64,000 bases of DNA from an uncultured delta proteobacterium (GTDB taxonomy: Bacteria > Myxococcota > Kuafuiibacteriia > Kuafuiibacteriales > Kuafuiibacteriaceae), in contig CAWDML010000003.1 in assembly GCA_963803435.1 (NCBI GenBank), forward strand, positions 896,001-960,000, written 5' to 3'. The position numbers were made by a program, and so were the translations under genes. The notes under the pieces were generated by a model. The model saw nothing but the letters and a program-made list of their open reading frames with translations. It was not told the origin of the DNA and searched no databases. Positions 29,763-43,315 of the stretch are shown in pieces. How positions within the stretch are numbered: position 1 is the first letter of the stretch; the number at the start of each line of letters is the position of its first letter.

Positions 29763-31575
29763 GTGGCCGTCTTGGTGGAGTCGCAGGTCGGGTGCGCCGC
29801 GGACCTCGAGGCGCTGTTCGACGTCGTCGGCGATACGGATCGCCTGAACCGCGAGTCGGGGCTGCCCGAGATCGAGTTTCGCGGCGGTGACCACGGGAGC
29901 AGCCGCAAGATCGTCAAGAGCGCCCTCGGACCGCTCGTCCTCGAGTATGCCGAGCACCCGTGGGAGTGGGAGCGGCCCGAGCGGATCCACGTCCGTCGCG
30001 AGTATCTGAACGGCCCGCTGACGACGCTCGACGTCGACTTCCGCTTCGCGAGGCGCGGCCCAGCGAGCGAGGTTGCGATCCAGCTGAAGGCTGAGCCTCG
30101 CCCGCTGATGGGGCCCGTGCTCCGGCTGGTCCTCCGCACCATCGCCGGCAAGCTGAGCCGTGCGATCGCGCGGATCGATCGCGAGCTCGCCGGCCGCGAC
30201 CCGCCGCTCAAGCAGATCGAGGTGAATCCGCGGGAGCTGGCGCGCGCCGAGCGAGAGCTGGTGGCGCTGGTCCCGCCGATGGACCGGGAGCTCGCGGTCC
30301 GATTGGCCAGGCACATCGGCGACGCCGCCGACCAGGAGGTGATCCGGATCCGACCCTTCGAGCTGGCGGAGCGCTGGGGCGTCGAGCGACGGCGGGCGCT
30401 CTCGGTCGCGCTCTCGGGCGTGGTGGCCGGCCTGCTCGAGCTCAACTGGGATTCTGGTCTGTCCCAGCTGCCGCGTGGCGGCGACGCGGGTCCCGTCGCT
30501 GTCGGACGTCGAGGCGCACGGCCACTGCACGCTCTGTGACCTCGGCTTCGGCGTCTCGCTCGATCGCGGCGTGGAGGCCACGTTCCTGCCGTCGGCCGCG
30601 ATACGGCGCGTGCGGGAGCGCCAGTTCTGTACGGGCGGTCCGGCGTGGACCCCGCACGTGCTCGCGCAAGCCAACCTGCGGCCCGGCGAGCGCGTGGAGC
30701 TGCGCGCCCCCGAGCGGGAGGCCCGCTACCGATTGTTCGTCCGCGGTGGCGCCACCATCCCGATCGCGCTCGGCTCCGAGCACCCGGAGGAGGCGGCCCT
30801 CCGCGTCGGCGAGAAGGTGGAGCCGGAGGTGATCGCGGTGCGGCCGGGCGGACGCATCTGTCTGACCGGTGCGGTGGGCGCCGAGGGCCGACACGTGAAG
30901 CTGGAGCGGATGGACTGGTCGAGCTACGCGGCCACCACCTACGAGGTCGCGATGCTCCCGGCCTTCCGGCGGCGGTTCTCCGAGCAGCTCCTCCGGCCCG
31001 GCCTGGCGCTCAAGGTCGCGCGCGCCTCTCTCCTGTTCTCCGATCTCTCCGCGTCGACGGCGCTGTACACCCGCGAGGGTGACGCGGCCGCCTTCGGTCT
31101 GGTCCAGGATCACTTCGATCTGCTGCGGGAGCACATCGAAGAGAACGGCGGTGTGATCGTGAAGACGATCGGCGATGCCGTGATGGCCGCATTCGTCGAC
31201 GAGCCGGGCGCCATCCGGGCCGCGGTCGCCATGCAGAAGGCCTTCCCGGCGTTCCGCGAGGTGCACGCCGGATCGCTGGGCGTGTACCTCAAGATCGGGG
31301 TCTACGCCGGTCCCTGCTACGCGGTCACCGCGAACGGCGTGCTCGACTACTTCGGCCAGACCGTCAACGTGGCCGCGCGCCTCCAGGGGCAGGCGCGCGA
31401 CGCCGAGATCGTGATGACGGCGGAGAGCGCCGACCGAGCCGTGCAAGAAGGCCTGCTGAAAGACGTCCGGATCGATCCGCCCTTCCTCGCCAAGCTCAAG
31501 GGTGTGGATCCCGACATCAGCGCCGTGCGCGTGCACGTCGAAGGTGCTGGCGGTCCTCAACCTGGTCCTGCATGA
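29763..31575 (+). CDS. Class III adenylate/guanylate cyclase with SRPBCC-like and Cys-containing (DUF5939-like) N-domains, frameshift near 30452
   Basis: DTDRLNR...EHPWEW N-domain; WDLVCPSC...HCTLC once one T is removed; FSDLSAST, KTIGDAVMA, DYFGQTVNVAARLQ. Confidence 0.85.
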
Positions 31576-31585
31576 TGCGCCGCCG

Positions 31586-32371
31586 ATGAAGGGGCAGCGG
31601 GCGGCCGAGAAGGAGATCAAACTGCACGGGCGGGCCGCCTGCCGGGCCGCGTTCGAGGCGCGCCCCGACGACATGATCCGGGTGTACCTGCTCGAGGACC
31701 TGAAGCTGGAGTTCAAGGAGCTGCTCGCACGCTGCCGTGCGAAGCGTCTCGCCTACCACTTCGTCGGGGAGGACGAGCTCGAGAAGGTGAGCGGCGTCGA
31801 GCATCACGAGGGGATCTGCGTGCTCGCCCGGACCCGCCGGCAACCGTCGCTCGACCAGATCGCATCCCGCCGGGGCGCCACCACGCTGCTGTTGATCGAC
31901 GGCGTCTCGAACCCGCACAACCTCGGCGCCATCCTGCGGACCGCGGCCCACTTCGGTACCGTGGCGGTGATCGGTGAGAACGTCCGCCTCACCGGCGCCG
32001 CGATCCGGGTCGCGGAGGGCGGCGCCGAGTTCGTCGACGTGGTGCCAGTGCCGTCGCTCCCCGACGCCATCGAGACGCTCGTGGGTAAGGGCTTCGAGGT
32101 GGTGGCCACCACCTCGCACCGCGCCGACAGCATCTTCATCGCCGAGGTCCCGGAGCGGATCGCCTGGGTGATCGGCAGCGAGCGTGAAGGTGTCTCGGAG
32201 GCCGCGGCGGCGCGCGCCACCCGCGCGGTGCGGATCCCCGGAACCGGCAAGGTGGAGAGCCTCAACGTTTCAGCGGCGACGGCCGTGCTGCTCGCCGAGT
32301 CGGCGCGGCGTCGTCGCGCAGTGCGACCGCGCGGTCCGCGCAACGCGCAACGGCCGCGCCGAGGGAGATGA
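31586..32371 (+). CDS. TrmH/SpoU family RNA 2'-O-methyltransferase
   Basis: HHEGI, NPHNLGAILRTAAHFG, GSEREG, ESLNVSAA. Confidence 0.9.
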   Translation: MKGQRAAEKEIKLHGRAACRAAFEARPDDMIRVYLLEDLKLEFKELLARCRAKRLAYHFVGEDELEKVSGVEHHEGICVLARTRRQPSLDQIASRRGATTLLLIDGVSNPHNLGAILRTAAHFGTVAVIGENVRLTGAAIRVAEGGAEFVDVVPVPSLPDAIETLVGKGFEVVATTSHRADSIFIAEVPERIAWVIGSEREGVSEAAAARATRAVRIPGTGKVESLNVSAATAVLLAESARRRRAVRPRGPRNAQRPRRGR

Positions 32372-32374
32372 GCG

Positions 32375-32974
32375 ATGGAGTTCGATCCTTCCCTGATGAG
32401 TCGTCGTGACCTCTACTGGCTGACCGTCGCCTCGGTCATCCCTCGGCCGATCGGCTGGACCAGCACGCTGTCGAGCGAGGGCCGGCCGAACCTGGCCCCG
32501 TTCTCCTTCTTTGGCGGCGTCGCGGCCGATCCGCCCACCGTGATGCTGAGCGTCAGCCGGCGCCGCGGCGGTACCATGAAGGACACCGCCCGCAACCTGA
32601 TCGCGACCGGTGAGGCCGTCATTCACATCGCGGATCTTCCGCTGGCGGAGAAGATGGTCACCACCTCGATCGAGGCGGAGCCGGACGTCGACGAGTTCGA
32701 GGTGGCCCAGCTCGCCAAGGCGACCTCCATCCGCGTGAAGCCGTTTCGGGTGGAGGCGGCCGCGATCGCGATGGAGGCACGCATGGTGCACCACCAGGAG
32801 GTCGGCAACGGCCCGGTGGATCTCTTCCTCCTCGAGCTCGTGCACTTTCACGTGAAGGACGAGTACCTGACCGACGGCCTCCCGGACGCCGCCAAGCTGC
32901 ACGCGGTCGCGCGCCTGGGTGGGATCGGATACTGCGCGATCGAGCGGGTGTTCGAGCTCGCCCGGCCCGGCTGA
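32375..32974 (+). CDS. Flavin reductase family protein
   Basis: VIPRPIGWTST, NLAPFSFF, KDTARN, VARLGG. Confidence 0.9.
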   Translation: MEFDPSLMSRRDLYWLTVASVIPRPIGWTSTLSSEGRPNLAPFSFFGGVAADPPTVMLSVSRRRGGTMKDTARNLIATGEAVIHIADLPLAEKMVTTSIEAEPDVDEFEVAQLAKATSIRVKPFRVEAAAIAMEARMVHHQEVGNGPVDLFLLELVHFHVKDEYLTDGLPDAAKLHAVARLGGIGYCAIERVFELARPG

Positions 32975-33015
32975 TCGGGCCATCGACCCCGCGTCATGAT
33001 TTCGCCAGCCCCCGC

Positions 33016-33031
33016 GGGAATGCCGGTTGCA
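33016..33031 (+). promoter_or_regulatory. Putative sigma54 (-24/-12) promoter
   Basis: GGGAATGCCGGTTGCA gives GG-N10-GC with TTGCA, 13 nt before ATG 33044. Confidence 0.4.
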
Positions 33032-33043
33032 TGTGCTCCCGAG

Positions 33044-33331
33044 ATGGATCCCAAGGAAGAATACCTGGTGGAGATGCGCGAGCAGATCCGGCAGGGAGAA
33101 GACGCGCTCGCCATTCTGGATCGGGAGCGGCACGGTGATCCGGAGATCGAGCGGCTGCGCATGATGCTCGACCACGCCCGCTGGAAGCTCGATGTGATCC
33201 TCGTGGCGGACGACAGCCTCTTCGGCCAGCTGCGGATCGACTTCGACTGGACGCACGAGACGCTCACCGCAGCGTTCGACGCGAACGGAGCGAATCCACC
33301 CGACGTCGCCGCCGCGCTGCTTTACCGATGA
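33044..33331 (+). CDS. Small acidic helical hypothetical protein
   Basis: GC3 bias and helical pattern; no motif recognised. Confidence 0.55.
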   Translation: MDPKEEYLVEMREQIRQGEDALAILDRERHGDPEIERLRMMLDHARWKLDVILVADDSLFGQLRIDFDWTHETLTAAFDANGANPPDVAAALLYR

Positions 33332-33732
33332 TCGCGCTCTGGCCGGCCGGCCCTGGGGAGGAGGAACGTGCGCCGCGCCGACGGTTCCGCGAGCGTGTTC
33401 GGGGAATAGAGCTGCGACAGCACCGAGCCGGATCCCCACTCGAGGAGGTCGGGGTGCATCCTCGCGAACGCTTCGAAGTCGCCGGGGTCGCCGCGCTGCA
33501 TCCGCTCGTTGATGACCGCGGCGAACGCGAACGTGATCGTCTCGTGATATTTCTCGGGATGGCCCGCCGCGCTCGCGAGCCTCGATAGCCCGTCCCTGAG
33601 CGCGATCAAGGTCTCCGGCAGCGCGCGCTCGCGGAGCAACAGATACGTCAGACGCACGTGAGTCGCGTGCATGAACCCCTCGGGATCCAGGGTGCCCTCG
33701 AGGAACCGGGTCCGCAGCGTCCGGTCATCCAT
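33322..33732 (-). CDS. Hypothetical protein (HxxH...YHETIT motif)
   Basis: FMHATHVRL, GHPEKYHETITFAF, YSPNTL...ARRTFLLP. Confidence 0.75.
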   Translation of the reverse strand: MDDRTLRTRFLEGTLDPEGFMHATHVRLTYLLLRERALPETLIALRDGLSRLASAAGHPEKYHETITFAFAAVINERMQRGDPGDFEAFARMHPDLLEWGSGSVLSQLYSPNTLAEPSARRTFLLPRAGRPERDHR

Positions 33733-33759
33733 GGCGTCGCACCAGCAGCCCTTGCAGCT

Positions 33760-34011
33760 TCATTTGTCCACCATCCGGTGTGAGGCTTCGGACCCGTAGT
33801 CCATGCCGTAGATCTTCTTGAGGTCCTTGATCAGCTCGAGCGACTTCTTCGAGAACGGCGTCTTTCCTTCGAACGCGTGGAGCACGATCCCCTCGAGCAG
33901 ATCGCCGAGCGTCAGATCGTGATACTCGGCGACGCCTTTCAGCACCTTCACCATGCGTTTTTCCATCCGGACGCCCGTCTGGATCCGCTCCACCTCGAGC
34001 TTCTTGGTCAT
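33760..34011 (-). CDS. Small conserved-looking protein, putative ribbon-helix-helix-like DNA binder
   Basis: VERIQTGVRMEKRMVKVLKGVAEYHDLTLGDLLEGIVLHAF fits strand-helix-helix. Confidence 0.75.
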   Translation of the reverse strand: MTKKLEVERIQTGVRMEKRMVKVLKGVAEYHDLTLGDLLEGIVLHAFEGKTPFSKKSLELIKDLKKIYGMDYGSEASHRMVDK

Positions 34012-34014
34012 TGT

Positions 34015-34051
34015 TATATTGGTACATACATACCAATGTAGGAGCTGTCAA
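34015..34051 (-). promoter_or_regulatory. Sigma70-type promoter overlapped by palindromic operator
   Basis: Minus-strand TTGACA (34046-34051), 17 nt, TATGTA. Inverted repeat TATATTGGTA-N6-TACCAATGTA at 34015-34040 (9/10 match). Confidence 0.7.
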
Positions 34052-34089
34052 TCCTTGCCTAGCCTGGTCCGGCGTACCATCGTCCCGCC

Positions 34090-35735
<1,646 letters not shown>

Positions 35736-35739
<4 letters not shown>

Positions 35740-37097
35740 CCGCAGCCGTCTCCCCCAGCATCGCCCGCCCGCCCGGGCCCCGCCCGATCGGGCGGAATCC
35801 GATCGCGCTCTACCGCTTCTTCCGCCAGATCTCCGCCGATCCGATCGCCTTCGTGGGCCGGCGCTTCCAGCAGTACGGTGACGTCTACTTCACCGTCTCG
35901 CGCGGCGATCAGCTGTACGTGATGCGCCACCCCGATCACATGCACGAGGTTCTGGTCACCAAGGCGGGCGCGTTCGCCAAGCGGGAGCAGGATCTCGAGC
36001 CGGTGCTCGGCCGCGGTCTGCTCACCAGCAACGGCGATCTGTGGCGGCGGCAGCGCCGCTTGATTCAACCGGCTTTCCAGAAGAACAAGGTCGAGGCCTA
36101 TGGCGAGCACATGGTCGACGCCGCCGAGCGCATGCTCTCGCGCTGGCGCTCGGGAGAGAAGCTCGATCTCTCCCAGGCCATGATGCGATTGACGCTCGAC
36201 ATCGTCGCCAAGACCCTCTTCGACCACGACGTCGCCGGCGACTCCGACACGGTCGCCAGCGCGATGACGGTGCTGCAGGACGCCGCCTCCAACGGCAACG
36301 TGATCCCGCCCTGGCTACCCACGCCCGGCAACGTCCGCGCCCGGCGGGCCCTCTCCGCGCTCGATCGGATCGTGTTCTCCCTGATCGACCGGGCCGAGGG
36401 CGCGAGCCTCCGTGAGGACCTCCTCGCCCGTCTGTCGCGCGCCACCGACGCCGAGGGCGGCATGGAGCGGAAGCAGCTCCGCGACGAGCTGGTGACGCTG
36501 TTCCTCGCCGGCCACGAGACCACCTCGCTGGCGCTCACCTGGACGTTCTCACTGCTCTCGAGCAGCCCGGATCAGCGAGCGCGGCTCCACGAAGAGATCG
36601 ATCGGGTGCTGGGCGGCCGGCGTCCGACGGCGGCGGATCTGGAGTCGATGCCGTTCACCGCCAAGGTGGTGGACGAGGCGCTGCGGCTCTATCCGCCTGC
36701 GTACGTGCTGCCGCGGGTCTGTGTCGAAGACACCGAGGTCGGTGGCTTTCGGATTCCGGCCGGCGCCGAGCTCGTGCTCTGGGTCTATCACTGCCACCAC
36801 GATCCGCGCTGGTTCGTGGAGCCCGAGCGGTTCGATCCCGATCGCTTCGACGACGGCACTGATCGCGTCCGTCATCCGCACGCCTATCTCCCCTTCGGTG
36901 CCGGCTCGCGCACCTGCATCGGAAAGACGTTCGCCACGCTGGAGGCGCGGATCCTCCTGGTCTCGATCGCGCAGCGCTTCTCGATTGACGTCGATCCGGG
37001 CTGGCGCATCGGGCTCCGCCCCCGCGTGACGCTGGCGCCCAAGGGCGGCCTACCGGTGACGCTCACCGAACGGAGAGGCGCCGCATCATCTGCTTGA
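35736..37097 (+). CDS. Cytochrome P450
   Basis: AGHETT I-helix, EALR (ExxR), FDPDRF, PFGAGSRTCIG heme Cys. ATGA overlap with gpmI. Confidence 0.95.
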
Positions 37098-38217
37098 CCT
37101 TGCCGGTGACGCCGTAGCGATCGAGGACCCGCTTGGCCGCCTGCGCCGCCGCGTCCGAGAGCCGATACACGCCGGTAGCGAGGAGCGGATAGATCGAGGG
37201 CCGGATCAGGAACACCTGACCGGCGAGGTACGTCGAGTTGCCGAAGGCGGCCTTCTGCTCGCCGTGCGCGCCGAACTCGAAGATGTGCGGCGTGTCGTGC
37301 GCGTACATGTCCTCGATGACCATGATGTGGAGGACCGTCCCCGGCGAGTGCTGGCGGAGCTCCTGGTCGTACGCGGTCTCGACGTACAGATAGACCCCGC
37401 GGTACTGCCAACCGTGCATGAACGCGATCGGCGTGTCGCCGAGGTGCAGGACGTAGCCGCGGAGCCACCCCTGGGCGGCGGCCTCGCGACACTGCGCCAG
37501 GAAGGCGGCCTCGTCCTGGATGCCCTGGCCGAGCAGGTGATACTGGTACGAGCGCTTCGAGATCGCGGCGGCGTCCGCCGTGTAGCGATCGAGACCGTCC
37601 GTCGAGTCGTAGCGGAGCAGGGTCAGCGGCTTCCCGGTGTCCTTGGCGAGCTTCTTGACCTTTCGGCGCATGGTGCTCTTGGTCTTCGACGAGAACTGCT
37701 CCCAGTACTTGTCGAGCGTCGCGGGGAAGCGGATCTGGTGGTGCTCCATCGTCCCTTGCGGGCGGTACTCGCGGAAACGGCGTGAGAGCGTGGCGCTGGT
37801 GGCGAGATAGGTGGCGAGGAAGGAACCCTCCGTGACGATCTCGAGATAGATGACGTCGAAGTCGAGCCCCTCAGTTTCGGCGAGGTATTGGAAGAGCTGG
37901 TCGTAGACGGCGTGCGAGGACGGTGCGATCGGCTCGCCGAGCACGCAGAGCCGCGTGAGCGGCAGTGTGACCGCCTTGAGCTCGCCGGCCCGGACGTAGA
38001 GCGGCCAGCGCTTGATGACGAACGTCGACAGTCCAACCGGCAGGTCGCCCTCGTAGAGGAGGAGACCGTAGGTCTGGTCGAGGCGATCCCGGAACTCGAC
38101 GCGAAGCCAGTCGGGGTCATGGAACATCCCGGGGTGCTCGGCGTCGCGGAGGAACGCACGCCAGTCGCGCTCGAACGTCGGATCGAGGTCCGAGAGGCGG
38201 TTCGAGACCAAGCGCAC
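37063..38217 (-). CDS. GNAT-family acyltransferase (CelD/BcsL, Acetyltransf_6-like)
   Basis: MFHDPDW N-domain, YWEQFSSKTKSTMRRK, PIAF, TAYD...SPGTVL, FEFG. Confidence 0.8.
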   Translation of the reverse strand: MRLVSNRLSDLDPTFERDWRAFLRDAEHPGMFHDPDWLRVEFRDRLDQTYGLLLYEGDLPVGLSTFVIKRWPLYVRAGELKAVTLPLTRLCVLGEPIAPSSHAVYDQLFQYLAETEGLDFDVIYLEIVTEGSFLATYLATSATLSRRFREYRPQGTMEHHQIRFPATLDKYWEQFSSKTKSTMRRKVKKLAKDTGKPLTLLRYDSTDGLDRYTADAAAISKRSYQYHLLGQGIQDEAAFLAQCREAAAQGWLRGYVLHLGDTPIAFMHGWQYRGVYLYVETAYDQELRQHSPGTVLHIMVIEDMYAHDTPHIFEFGAHGEQKAAFGNSTYLAGQVFLIRPSIYPLLATGVYRLSDAAAQAAKRVLDRYGVTGKVKQMMRRLSVR

Positions 38218-38332
38218 CGCCGCGCCTATACCACGGATCGGTCGCTTCGGCGCAACCCGTGCCCTGCGTCGGTGAAGCGACACGCCTGCAGAGAGTCCGA
38301 CGCTTCCCGCGCCGAAGGCCGGTGGGTGGGCG

Positions 38333-38347
38333 TGGCATGCGCGTTGC
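38333..38347 (+). promoter_or_regulatory. Putative sigma54 (-24/-12) promoter of the diiron oxygenase
   Basis: TGGCATGCGCGTTGC closely matches TGGCACG-N4-TTGC. Confidence 0.65.
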
Positions 38348-38361
38348 GTTGCGCCGGTCGC

Positions 38362-39366
38362 ATGAAGCGCAACGAGCCATACCGTGACCTCCTCGATCGA
38401 CTCTCCCGGCGCTCCGTCGAGAAGGGCTTCGATGCCTACGCGGACGTCGACTGGGACGCGCCCGAGAGCAAGATCGAAAAGGACGACCCCCGGTTCATCC
38501 TCGATCCCACCGAGAGCCTGGGCGCGACCGATTGGTACCGGAGCTTGCCGCCCGAAGTGCAGGCCGAGCTCGGGCTGAGCCTGGTCGTCCAGCAGATGAA
38601 GAGCGGCTGGCTCTTCGAGAACGTGCTCTCGCGCGGGCTCCTCGAGCTCGCGTCGATCCAGCCCGACCACTCACCCGCGTTCCGCTACGCGTATCACGAG
38701 GTGATCGAGGAGTCGCAGCATACGCTGATGTTCCAGGAGTTCATCAACCGCGCCGGCGTTCAGGTGCCCGGGCTCAGCGGCATTCACGCGATCGGCGCGC
38801 GGTGGGTCCCGAACCTCGGGCGGACCTTCCCCGAGCTCTTCTTCATCTTCGTCCTCGGCGGTGAGGGTCCGATCGATCACGTCCAGCGCCGCGAGCTCGC
38901 CAAGTCCAGGCCGCAGCATCCGCTCCTCGAGCGCATCATGCGGATCCACGTGACGGAGGAGGCGCGCCACATCTGCTTTGCCAAGAGCTTCCTACGTGAG
39001 CACGTGCCGGCCCTCTCCGCCTGGAAGATGCTCCAGCTCCAGATCCGCACGCCGCTCATCCTCTGGCAGATGGCGACCTTGATGCTGGAGCCGCCGCGCG
39101 TGCTGGTGAAGCGGTACCGGATCCCGCGCGCAGTGATCCGCGAGGCCTACCGCGAGAGCGTCCAGCAGCGGCTCGCCCTCCTCGACAGCCTGGCCGACAT
39201 CCGGGAGCTCTGTGCTGAGCTCCGGATCGCGACCCCGGCGAACGCCTGGGTCTGGCAGCGTCTCGGCATCTGGCCCGGCCGCGCCGAGCGGGCAGCGGGT
39301 GCGCTGCAGGCTGCAGCCGCCGGACTGCACCCCCCGCGGGATCTGGAGAGCAAGTACGCGGAATGA
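38362..39366 (+). CDS. AurF-like ferritin-fold diiron oxygenase
   Basis: [34 protein letters not shown] diiron ligand pattern. Confidence 0.88.
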   Translation: MKRNEPYRDLLDRLSRRSVEKGFDAYADVDWDAPESKIEKDDPRFILDPTESLGATDWYRSLPPEVQAELGLSLVVQQMKSGWLFENVLSRGLLELASIQPDHSPAFRYAYHEVIEESQHTLMFQEFINRAGVQVPGLSGIHAIGARWVPNLGRTFPELFFIFVLGGEGPIDHVQRRELAKSRPQHPLLERIMRIHVTEEARHICFAKSFLREHVPALSAWKMLQLQIRTPLILWQMATLMLEPPRVLVKRYRIPRAVIREAYRESVQQRLALLDSLADIRELCAELRIATPANAWVWQRLGIWPGRAERAAGALQAAAAGLHPPRDLESKYAE

Positions 39367-39381
39367 CAGGTGTCTTGAAAA

Positions 39382-39397
39382 GGGCATGCATGTTGCT
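39382..39397 (+). promoter_or_regulatory. Putative sigma54 (-24/-12) promoter of the HK-RR-pspA operon
   Basis: GGGCATGCATGTTGCT gives GG-N10-GC with TTGCT. Confidence 0.6.
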
Positions 39398-39424
39398 CTT
39401 TCCCCGCTCCGAAGGCCGCATAGA

Positions 39425-40468
39425 ATGCTCACGCTCTCGGAGACCCAGCCCCCGCCGCCGCGAAAGATGATGAGCCTCTTTCAGAAGAAGGAGCTGCCTC
39501 CGCCTCCGACGCCCGAACAGATCGCCTACCGCGAGGCGAGGAAGGCCGCCAACCGGCGGGTCGCGTTCTTCGGCCATCTGGTCGCGTGGGCGTTCACGAA
39601 CCTCTTCCTCCTGATGGTCGCGGGCTTCGAGCCGGCCGCGATCGTCGCGATGGCCTGGGGCATCGGGCTCGCCATCCAGGGCTTCTATGCGATCTTCGCG
39701 CCCGATCTCCGCAAGCGCTGGATCGACGTCGAGATGCAGCACCTGTTGCAAGGTGCCGTGCGCACCGAACGGCGCGCCCTCCAGGATCGACATTCGCGCA
39801 CGCTCGAGGAGCTCTCCGCCTCCATCGCCCACGAGATCCGGAACCCGATCACGGCCGCCAAGAGCCTGGTCCAGCAGATGGGCGAGGATCCCGCGTCGGA
39901 CGAGAACATCGAGTACGCGAAGATCGCGATCGAGGAGCTCGACCGGGTGGAGCGCTCGATCTCGCACCTCTTGCGATACGCGCGGGATGAAGAGGTCCGG
40001 ATCGAGGAGATCGAGATCGCAGGACGTGGTCGAGTCGGCGCTGGAGACGTTTCGCGACCGCATCGACAAGAGCAAGGTCGAGGTCGAGACCGACTTCGCC
40101 GGCGACGGTCGGATGCGCGGCGATCCCGAGAAGCTCCGCCGAGTGGTGATCAACCTGGTCGGGAACGCGCTCGACGCGCTGGACGCGCTGGGCGTGGGAG
40201 GTATCATCCGCCTCTCCACCGGGAAGAATCTCGCCGGCAGCGAGCTGTGGATCAAGGTGAAGGACGACGGCCCCGGGATCGATCCGGTCCGGCTTCCCAA
40301 GATCTTCTCTCCGTTCTACACCTCCAAGGACTCGGGCACCGGCCTCGGGCTCGCCATCTCGAAGAAGCTGGTCGAGGCCCACGGTGGATCCATCGAGGTC
40401 CAATCGGAGCTGGGCGTGGGGACGGAATTCGTGTTGACGTTCCCGCTGGTGAAGAACGAGGTGAAGCC

Positions 40469-40472
<4 letters not shown>
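39425..40472 (+). CDS. Sensor histidine kinase with 2TM input domain (frameshift near 40020)
   Basis: Two TMs, IAHEIRNP H-box. NLVGNA, DDGPGI, PFYTSK and GTGLGL lie in the shifted frame (39687-40472). Confidence 0.88.
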
Positions 40473-41858
<1,386 letters not shown>

Positions 41859-41860
41859 CC

Positions 41861-42493
41861 ATGATGAGCCTCATCTCTCGTTTGTCCTGCCTGATTCCCA
41901 AGAGGGACGAGGCGCCAGAGGTGGCCTTCAATCGGGTGATCGGCGAGCGGCAGCGCCGCTACTACGAGCTCAAGATGGCGATCGCGAAGATCCTCTTCCT
42001 GCGCAACAAGCTCGAGGCGGATCTCCGCGAGCGTCGCGCCGAGGTGGCCCGCGTCCATCACGAGGCCCGCAGCGCCACACGTATCGGACAGGATCGGCGG
42101 GCGCTGGCGCTCCTCGAGCGCATGAATCACCTCAAGGGTCGGCTCGCCGACGCCGAGGCGCAGGTCGAGGAGATCAAGACCGAGGCCGCGCTCGTCACCC
42201 GCGATCTGGCCCGCATCAGCGAGTCGATCCGCGATCTCGAGCGCGAGAAGCGCGAGACGCTGGCGAAGCTCACCAGCGCGGACGTCCGCAAGCGGCTCCG
42301 AAAGCTCCTCTCCGAGGCCAACGAAGAGCGCGACAATCAGCGGCTCGAGAAGGTCCGCGCGATGGTGGCCCGCGCCTCCGCCGAAGCCTCGCTCGATCGC
42401 GAGCTCGGCGACGACTCGAGCCTGCTGGCGTTGGCCGATCCCTCCGCGCGGATCGAGCTGGCCCGCCTCAAGGCCCGCCTCCTCCCGGCGTGA
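41861..42493 (+). CDS. PspA/IM30-like coiled-coil protein
   Basis: Short amphipathic N-terminus, PE motif, ~210 aa heptads, ALALLE, C-terminal ELARLKARL. Confidence 0.7.
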   Translation: MMSLISRLSCLIPKRDEAPEVAFNRVIGERQRRYYELKMAIAKILFLRNKLEADLRERRAEVARVHHEARSATRIGQDRRALALLERMNHLKGRLADAEAQVEEIKTEAALVTRDLARISESIRDLEREKRETLAKLTSADVRKRLRKLLSEANEERDNQRLEKVRAMVARASAEASLDRELGDDSSLLALADPSARIELARLKARLLPA

Positions 42494-42494
42494 G

Positions 42495-43253
42495 TCACAA
42501 GCAGAGGCCGTAGCCCTCGATGCCGACGTCGGTGCAGGTGCCGGCCGAGCACGCGGGCGCGGCGACGTCGCACGGCTCGTAGCAGTCCGTACCGATCGGG
42601 TTGCCGTCGGCGTCCGAGAGGGTCACGCAGACGCCGCCCTTCGCGCACTGCTCGGTGCTGCAGTCGCCGCCGATCGGGACACTGCCGGCAGGCGCGCAGA
42701 CGTTGGCGTTGGCGCTGACCAGGGCGCAGGTCTCGTCGGCGGCACATCGATCATCGAGGGGATCGCAGGCCCGGCCGCCGAAGCAGATGCCGTAGTTCAT
42801 GGTGACCGAATCGTCGGGTCGGATCAGGGCCGAGCAGAGGAACGTCTCTTCGGCCGAATCGAGCGCGTCGCAACGCGTCGGATCGCCGGGCTCGCAGGCC
42901 TGGTAGCAGATCTCGCCGTCACCGATGTTGATGCACACCAGGCCGGGGGCGCAGTCCTGCTGGAGGGCGGAGCAGCCCTGGCCGAGCTCGTGGGGCGCGT
43001 CGCCGAGGCAACGGCAGGCCCCGTGATCCTCGGTGAAGTCGAAGACGCAGTAACGGCTGGTGACGACGTCGCAGCCGGTGCCCCGGGTGGGATCGCAGGC
43101 GGTGACGTTGACGCCCGTGTCTGCGGTGGAGGGCGTGTCGAAGCAGCCGTCCGGGCCTTTCCCGGAGTCGGGGGTGCCACCGTCGGGCGGGGTGTCGTCG
43201 CCGCCCCCGGGACAGGCGGCCAGGGAGAGGGCGGCGAGGAGGAGGAGGCGCAC
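42495..43253 (-). CDS. Cys-rich lipoprotein
   Basis: Lipobox LAAC, PDGG/PDSG linker, repeated CDP/C-x-P-G-x-x-C modules. Confidence 0.75.
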   Translation of the reverse strand: MRLLLLAALSLAACPGGGDDTPPDGGTPDSGKGPDGCFDTPSTADTGVNVTACDPTRGTGCDVVTSRYCVFDFTEDHGACRCLGDAPHELGQGCSALQQDCAPGLVCINIGDGEICYQACEPGDPTRCDALDSAEETFLCSALIRPDDSVTMNYGICFGGRACDPLDDRCAADETCALVSANANVCAPAGSVPIGGDCSTEQCAKGGVCVTLSDADGNPIGTDCYEPCDVAAPACSAGTCTDVGIEGYGLCL

Positions 43254-43315
43254 GACGCAATCTTCTACCAGCCGGCTTGCCGGTTGCGTGCGGTTTTTCG
43301 GACAATGGCGCCCCT

